This document shows positions 10,895-23,460 of a DNA stretch of 64,000 nucleotides, piece by piece. Numbering within the stretch: position 1 is the first letter of the stretch; the number at the start of each line of letters is the position of its first letter. Where the stretch lies: contig CM082580.2 of assembly GCA_040954595.2 (NCBI GenBank), forward strand, positions 11,112,909 to 11,176,908, given 5' to 3'. The position numbers and the translations under genes are program-made. The stretch comes from Balanoglossus misakiensis. Lineage: Eukaryota; Animalia; Hemichordata. The notes beneath the pieces were generated by a model. That model did not search any database and had not been told where the DNA came from. It saw only the letters and a program-made list of their open reading frames with translations.

Positions 10895-13800
10895 TTAATT
10901 ATTATGTTTTTTACAGAAAACTAAAGACCAGGTAAAAAGAAACGTGTCTGTATGCTTTCTCTACAGCGGTGTCGCTCTTGCGACAGTCGTCGTGACAGTG
11001 GAATATTGTTCATCTTTGCGGAATCAAGATTTGACGAGTGGCACGCACGCATCCGCCATTACATAAGCACCCAATGTTTTCAAGGAGTATCATTCCTCGT
11101 AATAAAACTATTTTTTCACGGCGTGTTGTGTATCAGTGTGTGTTTAGACTTGATTGGTAGTTGAAGTTTTTTTCCGGGCGCGCAATTTTACGAGTCCATT
11201 AGGTTGATGGGTCGTCTTCATATACGTAGCTATTACCTTTAATTCTCCATCTTTCTTATCTTATTTTATGAGGACGGGGCTTGGAGACGTTGCGAAGAGA
11301 TTGGACTGAAAATTGATACTTTCCCCCAGCGTAAATTAAGCTACCAATACTGGCAATAGTGTCCTTCAGACCCCTGGTGTTATTTAATGGTGCTGTTGAT
11401 ATCCACAGAATACAAAATCGGAATTTATAAACTGACGTGGGACACCCGGCTGCAGTTTATGTATAGTTTTGCAGTACTTACGTTCAGAGGTCACTGGTCA
11501 CTCATTAACATTACTCGTTGTAGGTGAACACTTTTTATCTAGGATCTGAAAAAAAAACATAAAAAGTAGTTATTTTTTGTCTGGGGAAATAATCACGACA
11601 GACATTTCAATCGCACTGATTAATTAAAATTAAATATGATGAGCTGGCATTTAAGTAAAACCCGTTCCACCCTTGGGAATGTTGAATATCATATTTATGA
11701 AAGCCTGTTATCTACTGAAGTAAAATCCAGTTTGTTTGCCATCTGGCATTAGGCTTTTTGAAGTTACTGACTTCGAAAGTATTACGTGGGTGAGTAAGTA
11801 GGAAAATCCCATGCGAGCGCATCAGTTGTCATCAAGGGTTAATTCGTCTATTGAAATGCTTCCATTTGAACATTGATGACAACTTTGACGTATTTTGTTG
11901 CGATAGAATGGTCAATAAACAGGTTATCCAATTGTTACAAAATTAAATTGATATGAAGAGAAATGACGTCATGATACATCAAAGTACTATGCAAACTGCA
12001 CAGTGAATGTAAATGTGAGTTGACGTTTTGAAATCCTGTATGTACTTGTTGGCTCTGCGCATGTTTAGAATTTGATATTATGTACAAGGGGCTTTATTCC
12101 TATCATCTAAGAATCTTCACAACTGTTTGCATTTTGCTATGTTCTGATAATGCCAAGGGTGGCTACCACGAGGAATTGTTGGGTGATTGCAATGATACAT
12201 ATCTTATTGCATTTCTGAAGCGGATTGAGATGAGCAAGCATGGGTGACAGATTTGGATTGAGACCTTTTGCCTTTCATTTGTAATTCGATGTGAAGAGGG
12301 AATTCCTTTCCAACTTTCTGTGTGGTCCTGTGTGAAAAAAATTTACTCTCATACCAAAGCGACGGAAAGTAACTTTGGATTCATCTGACAATTGTGGGCA
12401 ACAACCAATTATTGGGCGGGCGCCTTGTATTTCAAAAACAATCGCGACGACCTCCATATTTTATTACCTTATGAACGTTCATTGCAATGTCATATTTGAA
12501 AAAACAATGATATGAAACTGTCGCATGCCACTTTCGCTCATGCATGCATGATCATTGTCTGAAACCGATCAAGTGACCTAGCAAGGGATACGTCACACCG
12601 ACCAGTGACCACCACCACAGTAGTCGTCGCGAAGCAGCCGACTATCATGGATGACTTAACAGAACGCTCGCACGTGCTTCCGATGTATGCCTGTTTATAG
12701 TTAACATATCTATAAATAGCGAGACCAAAATAGGTCAGCCACAACGTATAAGGGACAAACCTCTGGCGGTGTCACATTTCATAGTAAACATTACGACCAA
12801 CTATTATGGTTATATTTCAGTCAAAACATTGAACAATGTGAGATTTTTATAGTCACATTGTCCATGTATGGGACATTGTGAGGAAGGGAAAGGGAAACGT
12901 TGTATGGTTGCTGAGGAACTGCATAGGGGAGTGTTGGACTTCTGTAGTCCAGTGTTATTAAGAGGTAATAAACACCTATTTATTCAAATGGTTGACCATT
13001 CACCAACTTTATTTGCAGAAGCAGAACTACGAGCTAAGCGCCGTAGCCATTTTGACCATAAACCCTGGCTCTTTTCGAGAATGCGAGCACTGTTTTTAAA
13101 AAGAAAGCAACTTTCATTAATAACCCGCATCGGCCCTGCTGTGATGGGACGCATAGCAGGTGTACAATACTACAATGCCAGCCTTCAAGACATTGCGACA
13201 GACCGCCCTAGTTTGAGAGCACAGTGCAGTCGTCTGTGGTTTTAAGAGATTTGCTGACTGAGCAGCGCGACCCCGTATCCCTCATACGTGCACAAATCTG
13301 AAATAATATCTGGAATTTTCCCACAGTAAACAGATCGACACAAGCTTGTTGGAACTTAGACTGTGTGAATGTCCTTAAACCAAAGGTCACGGCGATAACA
13401 ATCGCCCGCTACAAGTGGACAAGACTTCTATTCACACGACTCTTATGGCAACACTCTATCGCAACAAAAAATCCCCCGCCATGCCACCATACACCCGCGT
13501 CGCAATCTCGGGCAAGTTATCCCTTTCCGACTAAAATGCCCCCAGGTCTATAGAAGCAACGTCCAAAACAGTTGAACTTACCCGATTGTGAGCCAGATGT
13601 TCAGGAATGAAGTCAGCTATGCGCAGTGATCCTCAGTTCGCGTACACGGTGCAGGCAGGCGGGGCGGAGCACCTAACAAAAATAAGAGCAACGACCAATG
13701 AGTACACTGCAATGTTGACACGTCCAAATAGTAAAGTTTCTATAGATAGTTCAACTCACAGCGAGTTACTGTCAGAGGTTATCGATAGAAATAAATATTC

Positions 13801-16800
13801 CAATCGTTCGACTCCGCCCTGCGTCTTTCGTCGAAACATGTAACAATGTGAACCCAAATTTGACTATATCTGTTCCCACAATGTAGCACATTATGAAAAT
13901 GATTTCATTTTTGTCAACATCAACAGGAATTCTAGTGTTTGCTAAATTGGATAACTGCTCCCTTCATCAACTAAGAATGCCCGCCGGCAGAGTAAAGGCA
14001 GAAAACCAGTTTCCGTGTAATAAATGCTGTAGTTGGGGTGACCTTTAGCGTTGTCTTTATGATTGTGGTTGCAAAAGATCATGGCTGCCATGTCCAATAC
14101 GCTCGAACAGATACGTAATGCGCTTGCTATTGGATTACCACAAGAAACGTACCGGTGGATTTGATTGAACAATGTCTTGAGGCACCTTTTCCAATACGGC
14201 TGCTAGAACTACTTCAGCCTCGCAGAAATCTTCGAATTATGTGCATACGGCAAGCATTCAGTTATAACGCCCTATAAATGCAGGATTTCAAAAAAAAAAC
14301 ATCGTTAGAATTCACAATGTCTGCAGTACAGTAAATATTGAACAATTGAGCAGCAACATAACGGTAATAATAGTTTTGATTCTTTTGTTTTGAAAATAAA
14401 ATGCGCTTGTCACTAGTGTTTACATATTAAGTTTAGGGGCCGTGGATAATTAAAACACTCGCGTAGTAAGCGAAACTAGGCAACCATCAATTCCACTTGA
14501 CTTGAAGAAAAAACCCACTGCCTTCGCCAACTCCAAAGGCTTATTAGGGTCAAGGTTATCCCTCACCTGCGTACAAGCCGTGCGTGGTGAGCCTGCTGCA
14601 CATACGCACCATGGTTTTATTTGCTATGACCAGGTTTCAAGGCCAAGCATGTGTGTTTATTAATAGCTCATAGAGCTAACAACAAACACATACTTGACAA
14701 CAACATAATATAGCTATTAAGACATTTGAATGACCCTATAAAGAAGAGCGAACAGTAAAGTTTTGCTAACTGACTCTATCGGTGACCACTCGACCGATGC
14801 ATAAGCTTATACGTATAGGGCAGCCGTATGGAAGTGTGCATTTTGATCTACCGCGGGCTGCAGTGAAGAAGTCACGACTCGCATAAAATATGAGAAGATA
14901 TAATAGAGGATTTGCGTTGAAAAGTACTTTGCCAATCTAGAGAAGCCGGTATAGAATATCACACACACGGATTTGACAGGAAAGTATGTGAAATACGAGT
15001 GGTCACCCGGGAATTCGCGGATTATCCGTCGTATTTTATGAGAGCGCCGCAGATGTATCAGATAATGCAGAAAAATGGGGGGAAAGCGCGGTACGTATAC
15101 GGGAGAAAAGACTCAGGTACACGAAGTAAATGGAGCGAGAAACGAACCAGTGAGGGAAACGAACGCTTGATGGGAAAATGGCCGAGATCGGACTTGTATT
15201 ACTATTGTCAGTATTGACAGAAGATCATCAATAATTTAGTGAATTTAATATCGAGGTGCCTACGATTAAGAATCTGGCATAATTTATTATCTGCCGCTTA
15301 TCTCGTGTCGAGAATTACACACAACAACAACAACAACACTGCTCTCCAGCTCCCAACTTATCATCCATAATCCCTGTCTAATTTTCTTGTTTTCCATTGC
15401 AAAAACCTCTTACTCTTAGGGTATTCCATCCTGTTTTGCTCCCGCTTATTCTGCCATTGCTTAGGCCAAAAAATTTTGTTTCGTGTTTAATCAAGTGTAA
15501 ACTTCTGCTGTGCCCCACATATTATACCCGGTACATGGACATACTTAGGAAAACCTTCTCTGACCTTTCAACACATCGCTGACAAGAATAAACTAGCGCG
15601 AGTGGTGACTAATAAACCAGCGCATGCCGCACATGTATTGACTTAATCAAAATCTAAATTAATCGCACTGCATATTTTATTTGAGGCTGACATGTGTCCA
15701 GACCGTTTCAGAACACATTCGCTTCTTCGCCACACGGCTTGAACTTATTTTATTAAAAGATATCATTAGCGGCTGAAAGAAATCGACGTTGACATCTTTG
15801 TCATGCGCGCGACAGAATGTGTTTAATTTCAACCACTTGTATGGGTTTCGTACCTGATGGGGCAGGGTCGATGAACGACCTGGTTATTTTTGGCTGTTAT
15901 AAGATAACGGGCGATAAAAAGACAGCCTGTTTCCAACCCCTGCACTAAATAAGGCGACACTATCCCGTCGCCACGTGAGACGTTGCGCTGGCTACTGTTA
16001 GAAAAGATCCTTGCTCACGTGAGCATGCACCAGGGGATTTGGCGGCGCGCTTCCCGTTCGACAGAGCTCACATGTATCGGATGAAAGAATCGGCCATATG
16101 ACAGCGCTCGGTTATTCAAACCGACTCTTATATTTAATGATTTTTTCTTGTAAAATGGAGAGATCATGGGCACCAAATGTCTACAGTCGGTGGCTTCAAG
16201 TGAAACTGCCTCGCATGTTTATGTGCTGAGTGCTGGCGGCTGTCGCAGTGCCAGACGGCATTGCTGGAAGCAATAATACCACAAATGGGAGATAAGCCAA
16301 TGTATTGGCACGTGGAAGTCGTGCCCCGTGATGTGTTGTCACACTGGGCCTTAAAAGCAAAGAACCGAAATAAGACCGCGGCAGCACCACAGAGGAAGTT
16401 ACTCGAAGGAATATAGGGTAATTAAAACACTTGAGAAAGTGTGATGCGACAAACCCTCAGAGAAGTGTTTTTTGTGTGCTGGAAAGCATTCGTTGCATCA
16501 CAACTGTATCAGAAAGGAAACAGAATGAGTAACGATTACGTTTGGTGAGATAAGGGAGACGATTACCTTGGGAAAGCTTCTGATGATATACCGGTAGTGC
16601 GGGAGATCCAGTACATCACATTAACCTAAAATACGTTAACGAGCACGAGTTATTCATACTTTGTGGATGCGGCAAGCCACCTGTACGATATACATTTTAC
16701 CCCTAGGAACTTGAAGGGACGCGGGAGGGAACTTGGCGATAATAAAAAACAGATGAAGATTACACGGGAAAATAAGCATCGCCATGCATTGACTTTCAAT

Positions 16801-17307
16801 CGATGTAGAGACAATCGCTGATTGACTCTTTGCTCATTGCTCAAATATCGAAGCGTGCGGATTGAATGAATGATTTCGATACAGATAACGTGGTATAGTG
16901 ATTGTGTAATGTTCAAGTCCTGTTGTGCGTGTACACGCATACACGCATATTTACTGTAGATATAAACTCTATACACGTGCATACATCATACATATATATA
17001 CACATAGATATATTTGATGCAGCTTTTTTGAAATGTTTAAGTACAGTGAACTACAACAAAAGTTTGCTTCAGTAATTAGAAGACGGTTATGTGCGAAGGA
17101 CTATAAAAACTAGCTACGAGGCTATTAACCTAATCCACGCTGTCTTACCGGAATTCTCGTCAAACATAATAAAGTTCCCGATGGGAATGGACACCCTTGT
17201 TCAACCTCAATCAGTGAATCGTCCTCAGTGGATGTCATCACTGCCAATGCTTCAGGCAGGGCCAGTGATGCCGCTCACCAAAATGATCACCATTTATACG
17301 CTGTAAG

Positions 17308-17880
17308 ATGGCCACAAAACGTACGCAGAATCCACGCAGGAAGTACAATTGGCGGGAGTCTGTGTGTATAGCTACCTTCATGGCCCCCAGCATCAATGAT
17401 AGCGTAACAGCTTCGTCTACTCTCCACGACGCTAACCCTAATTTGATCAGTAATTGCCACAATCATGCCCTGGAATTAGACACCGAGAAAACCATATTGC
17501 CCCGTCGATTGTCCACGTCACACCAAATATTGAAAGCGACACTGCCGATAATGAGAAAGAGGAAACATTGTCATTTTAATATCGATGATGTCTTCACATG
17601 CGAGGGAAATAAATCTTCACTAATGGAAAATTCTTGCCACCAATATTATTTCTTCGGGTTTCACGCAAAAATGGCCGTGCTTGTTTGTCATGAAACGTAC
17701 GGCGCACACCCGATCTTCAATTTTGGATTAATCTGTTTTTCAGACTGTCATAATAGTTCCCCGTCGAGTTTTCTGGAGTCTGCTGATTGCGTCGTATGTT
17801 TCATGACAAAAATTCACCAGTCTGTCTGTGTTCCCTTTCAGAATTCACAAAGATCGACACTCTTTCCAGTGTGGGTGTAA
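17308..17880 (+). other. Orphan 190-aa ORF (unvalidated; possibly a pseudogene fragment or chance)
   Basis: ATG in a good context (AAGATGG) and one of the two longest non-repeat ORFs in the window. No recognisable domain. Confidence 0.15.
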
Positions 17881-20800
17881 TGCATCCAATTACACGTAAT
17901 TCGTCGCGACAAAAGCTGCCCATATTACTTTCAAATATATCATGGTCCATTCTCCAGCGCCAGATGAATCAGCTTTTAGAATAAATATTGGGAGGAATTC
18001 AATCTACTTTAATTTGTGCAGTAGTTACTATACTAGTACGTGGTGTCTTCTCCACGCAGATAAACATACAAATGTCAACTATAGTCTGACACTGGGAAAG
18101 CAAACAGTGCTCAGTGCAGAAAGTAACGTGACTGTCTAGTTTGAGAAAGAATTCGGGAATATTCCGATTTCCTGATTCCAAATTTTTGACCATCCATACC
18201 AATCCACCATAACTTCTTCAATGCAACAACCCCATCACCAATGACAAATCGGGTGACTGGCGGTTCAAGGACAATTGCTGAAAATGTATCACCGATAAAA
18301 GAGGATCTAATAAAAATTGATTGATGGCAGACAATAAAGTGAAACTAAATTTGATCATATTCTCATATAAGCGTGATAATTGTAATCATGCGGCTACTAT
18401 AAGCATTCCGGCTATTAAACACGGAAATCATAAAAATGATGATAATTCGATTATAGCGATATTATTTTTTGTGTCTTGTGACTTCATATCTCACGGAGGA
18501 GTCTCTTTAATGAACCACCAGACAGATATGTTGATTTGTACGATATGTTCTGTTCAGCATTCGAATTCAGCACAAACCCTATTACCCTGTGCAAATGAAG
18601 TCGTCTCTGACATTAAATTATCACCGTGTGCATGCATATACCCTTAACGGTACCATGTTTGAACAACGTTGGCTAATTGGCAGCCGAACTAAAGATACGT
18701 AGCGCACCACCGGTCCCTATGATTGCAACAGAACCAGACTGTCAGTATGGAATATCACCAGTATATGTTTTTTAAAATGTTGTCTATGAAATAGAATTAC
18801 ATCCACTATGAAAAACTGACACTCGCAATAGGTCGCCTGTAGGACAAACGTTTCAGCGGCATCTGATTTAAAGAATATAATAATCTAAGTATAAGTAGAG
18901 GTGGCATACCCATAGGCTATCTGTTTTAGCATCTTTAGTTAACTTTATCTTATTTTCATGAACGTTCGATTTTGTCGTGTCGTAATCTAAATCGATCATT
19001 TTCCCTGCTGTTGGATCGTTAGCGATCGCGCTGAGAACCCATAAAGTGAACAGGGAAAATGACGTTCTGATGAGTTAAAGCAGCGTGAAATTTGTAATAA
19101 ATCTCGCACGGATCAAAAGTATTCGAGGTCAAAGGTTGCGGAGTTATGAATCTTGAGATGTGCTCATTTTATGTACCAACATCAGCTCGACGACTGAGTG
19201 CCATTTTGGAATTACCACACCACTCAATCTCTGGTTGAATGACTTTAATTTGACTTCAGGCCGACGGAGCGTCAGAAAGCTTTTTATATTTATTTCCATA
19301 GCGAATGTAAATATATGACCAGGTATGACGCTCTGCCAGAACGTAAAGTTTCAAGTTTCCATAGGCAGCAGCTGTCCAAAGTCTTGAAAACAGAATCTCT
19401 GTTATCATTAGCTAGGACGTCCATGGTATCCACTGTCTTCTAGGCGCACCAAATGAACAAATAAAAATTAACAGAGTGTATCTTTCGATTGAGTCATAAA
19501 CAATACTCGCGGTCCCCGGCGGGCGTAATATTTTTACGAGTTTTGAATCGAGTCGTGCGTAACGATACGATCCACTGATGCACATGTGTTCAGTCACTGA
19601 CGTCACTCACGTGTTACAGGGCGAATGAATGATTTACAGTCAAACACGACCCGCCTCGTAAAACAACTTTGGGACTTCACTTTAAATAAGATTTTGCAAT
19701 CATTAACGACATTTTAATCTCGCAGATATTTCGTTGAACCACATTCTATTTATAGCACATCAAACAGCAAACGAGAAAGTGTGCAAAAATGACAATTCTA
19801 CGACCTCAGCGAAGTCATTTTCACGAAGAGTGTAGACCATTCAGAGGTTCATTCCGAATCTTTTCTATGAATACGCCATTCCCCTTTCTATATGAATTTC
19901 AATATTGTGCCAGTCTTAAAAATTGTGTGTCTAAGTACACGATGCTCTTAGAACGGTATTAAGTGAAACAACTCTGACGAGTGCGACTTGAATTTTCTGG
20001 CTCCTTGTTGGCGAACAAAAGTCACCCGCATCACAATCTTCCCACAGGCCTAATGGCGTCTCGCAGAGCTTCACAATCCCTACAAACCATCTCGCACTTA
20101 AGGATAATACTGAGAGAACGTTTTTGAGAAGGCCCTCCTACAGGCACTTACGAGGTTCGCTCCTAGACGTGTAGACGTGCAGATGCGTGTAGCGAGAGAT
20201 GTTTGCTGTAATTCAGATAATCTAACGACATTTGGGTAAACTTCGACAAAGGTTAATGGTTTGCTGGTAATTAACTTTGGAAGTAAGATTAGATGTACTG
20301 CAGATATGAGTGAGATAGGGATTCGACGAGTTTCGTTACAGTGTAATGGATCAACACTGGGCAGTCCAGAGACAGTAGAGTCTTGCGTGATTGGATTATA
20401 GAATCTCCTGTGTGATTGTGTCTAACTTCGGAGTGTCAATAGGACTATGGAAGATATTTCAGAAATAGAGAAATTTTAAATGGTATTGTAAATCAGTGCT
20501 CCTTAACTGCCCACTAGTGGAATCATGTTGCATCTGCCAATATCAATATAGAAATTGGCAGCATTTTTGCAGTCGTTGTCAACAGTTATCAGTGATGCTA
20601 TTCTGCTGAGAATCTTCAATTTCAAATTAGCCACTGCAATATTCACTAACATATGGCCCCCGGTAATCTTTGACACATGTCTATTCATATAATTGAAAGC
20701 ACAGTGGCATTACACTGTTCAAACAAATATTATATTACTTGATTTAACAGATAGATGGATGCCTCATACACAATTTAATTACAACTCATTGCAATGCATG

Positions 20801-23231
20801 ATATCAAATCTCATAGGTAAATTTGGACAAGGGGAGGGCACGAGCACTTTTTTCTCAGCAACTATACCCCTTATATCGCTGTTTGGTCTTGTCCAGGGTC
20901 TGTAGGAATGCATATGCATGTATCCCAGCAGCTGTTCTTGTTGTCAGTCTTGCTACGTGAGCATTTCTGCGCAACAAGTGTTTAGAAATCTGAATCATTT
21001 AAACTAACGGATTACTTACTAACTTCCACGTCTCTGTCAAACCGCCAACATGTTTCCCTGCAATCGCCTTCCGTGTTATCTATGGTAGAGCTTCATAGCA
21101 TTAATCTAGTGAGGAAGATACAGAGTTTGAACAAACTGTGTAAAAGTTGCCTGTATTACACAGGACGCAAGCTTGTTTAAAATTTATGAGGTTCTATGAA
21201 CATATGCGTATAATGTATACACTCGCCGTTTGCGAATGATTTATATACAAGTGCCGCCGCTAAATCTTTCGCTTTCATTCTTATGAGTGTAAATATTATG
21301 ACATTATACGTCAATGACTAAACAGATGCGTCAAATTATTTATGTTGATTAATTAAAGTGGTTAGTGTCAAGGAGATTGATAATGAGAGGGGTTAATACA
21401 CACAACAGGACGTTTTTGCTTAGGATGCCAGCTATGACGGACACAAAATATATCAGTACAAAAGTGTGTGTTACCTGTCACTGTTGTTCCAAGTGGCTGT
21501 TACCATCAGACGCAGTTTTCTTTCAAATGTTCAGAGGTCACGTACCTGTTCTGATTTTAAAAAACAAATGATATGTCAATGCACCGTTTCATAAACATAA
21601 AACGATTATACACGACGGTTCGCAACAAATGCTTTAAAAGGATAAACTAAACATAGAATGCACAGCTGTCGAGGTAAATTCCCCAGAGGTTGGGTCCTCG
21701 TTCCATTAACCGTACATTTTTACGCACACGATTTTTGCATACCCTGCTGTCATAGTGTATATATGTACACACGAGGCATGGAAGGGTTACTTGGTGGAAT
21801 TAGTCGTTGCAAGTTACTAATGTAAGCATAACGAGAGGCAGGTTTCACAGAGTTCCTCCCGGAGGATTGGTATAATCCAACTCTGTGACATCATGTATTT
21901 TAAAAGGCAAACATTGGAAATTAGGATCGCATATCATGCATACGGTTCCTTATGCGCTAACATGTTGTATATATATGCTGAACATTATTACCGATTTGTG
22001 ATCTGGTGTCGCAATAATGGAATAGGTTACACTGGGTACGCAAAGTACGAAATGTTATTGCACGCAGAAGCTTTATGCATCATTTTGAGGAAATATACAG
22101 TTTAAAATAATATTTGGAAGATGGTTGATTTATATTTTTGATGAATTTGATAGTGTGCTCGCGCTCCTGGAGAAGTCTGCAGTACTTTATTGGATCTGGG
22201 GGCATACTCACAAAGTTCTATATTTTACAGAGCAGAGGGGAACTTGTAAGTGTGATATATAATAGTCGACTTCTGTCTGAAATGAACTTGCGACATTAAA
22301 ATACATCAAGGTGCCACAAATCACTATGTAAGTGTTCAACTAGGAGAGTTTAGAATTGAGTGTTTACTCATTTGTTCGGATGATTGATAAGGTTTTCAAT
22401 CAACGCGGTGCCATTATTTTGTGTAGTGTCTTAGTATGCTGCGAGGATAATAACTGCATGCATGCGTTCCGTCGCGTATAGGACGAATTTAAACAAACGC
22501 ACAGTAATGTTTTGTCATCAAACAGTATTCTCTGCCCAGCACTGGCTTCTTAAAATAAAGGTTCGTTGCTACAGCAGCGACAAACAACAATTGTCATGGC
22601 CACAGCTACAGAGTAAACGATCCTGTGTCACACATAATACCACATTACTATAAACTTTAGAATAAAAAAAGAACAAAGATATTGAGTACGGACGTATAGG
22701 TTCCTACTGGCCAATTTCAGGTAACTTCATTACCATATAATTGTGTGAAAGATGTTGACTCATTCATTTACGTTAATGTCGCCTGACGAGATTACTTTGA
22801 AACACTTATGAAAAGAAATGCCATCTTTCTTTCTCTCAAGGAGACGAACATAGGTCAATTTTCCTGAATCTGGATTACTCTGCCTGACAGTTTAATAGCT
22901 TTAAAGCAATGCAGAGTAGAAGACAATCACTCCACACCATACAGGTTTATTATTTTCTAATATAACCTGAAATTCGAGTGATCTCACCTAGGAATGGTAT
23001 TAGCCTGCGCGCGCACTTAGATGTCTCTTCGGTTAGCCGAAGTGCCAACCACACACATAATGAAAGAAACTAGAGTCAATTGAATTTAACACGTCACTGT
23101 ACAAAACTACACGCAGCTTTCACAGCTTGTCTAAACGGTTTATGATGTTCGGCTTTGTTGGTGGAACGGTTATTAATATTTCAAGTTTTGACTTCGCATT
23201 TATGTATCCTGTATTCTTTCAAATAGCATAC

Positions 23232-23460
23232 CCGTAAAATTTGCTCCTGAAGGCAGCAGCTGGCAACGACGATGCATGCGTTCGCCGCTCCATCGAACGG
23301 CTTTGGAATTTTTTCTTGCAAGTAATGTCGACTCATTAAACACCCTCGAATGCCGTTACACGACACCCTAAATCCTTCGTTGACGTCGGTGTCAATCGCT
23401 GTCAATCGTCTGAATTGAAAGATGTCATAGACAGGCACAGATATACAGAGTAATCTCCAT
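23232..23460 (-). pseudogene. Possible relic exon encoding a papain-like Cys-peptidase-type motif (Q-x9-NAC)
   Basis: Frame reads ...GIRGCLMSRHYLQEKIPKPFDGAANACIVVASCCLQEQILR and ends at a phase-0 donor CGG|GTATGC. From memory it resembles 'SQ...G.NAC..IA' motifs of uncharacterised, often TE-linked invertebrate proteins. Not verified. Confidence 0.2.

Noticed and set aside
11530-11842. piggyBac-like MITE ending AAGGGTTAA
   Set aside because: No matching left TTAACCCTT terminus found.
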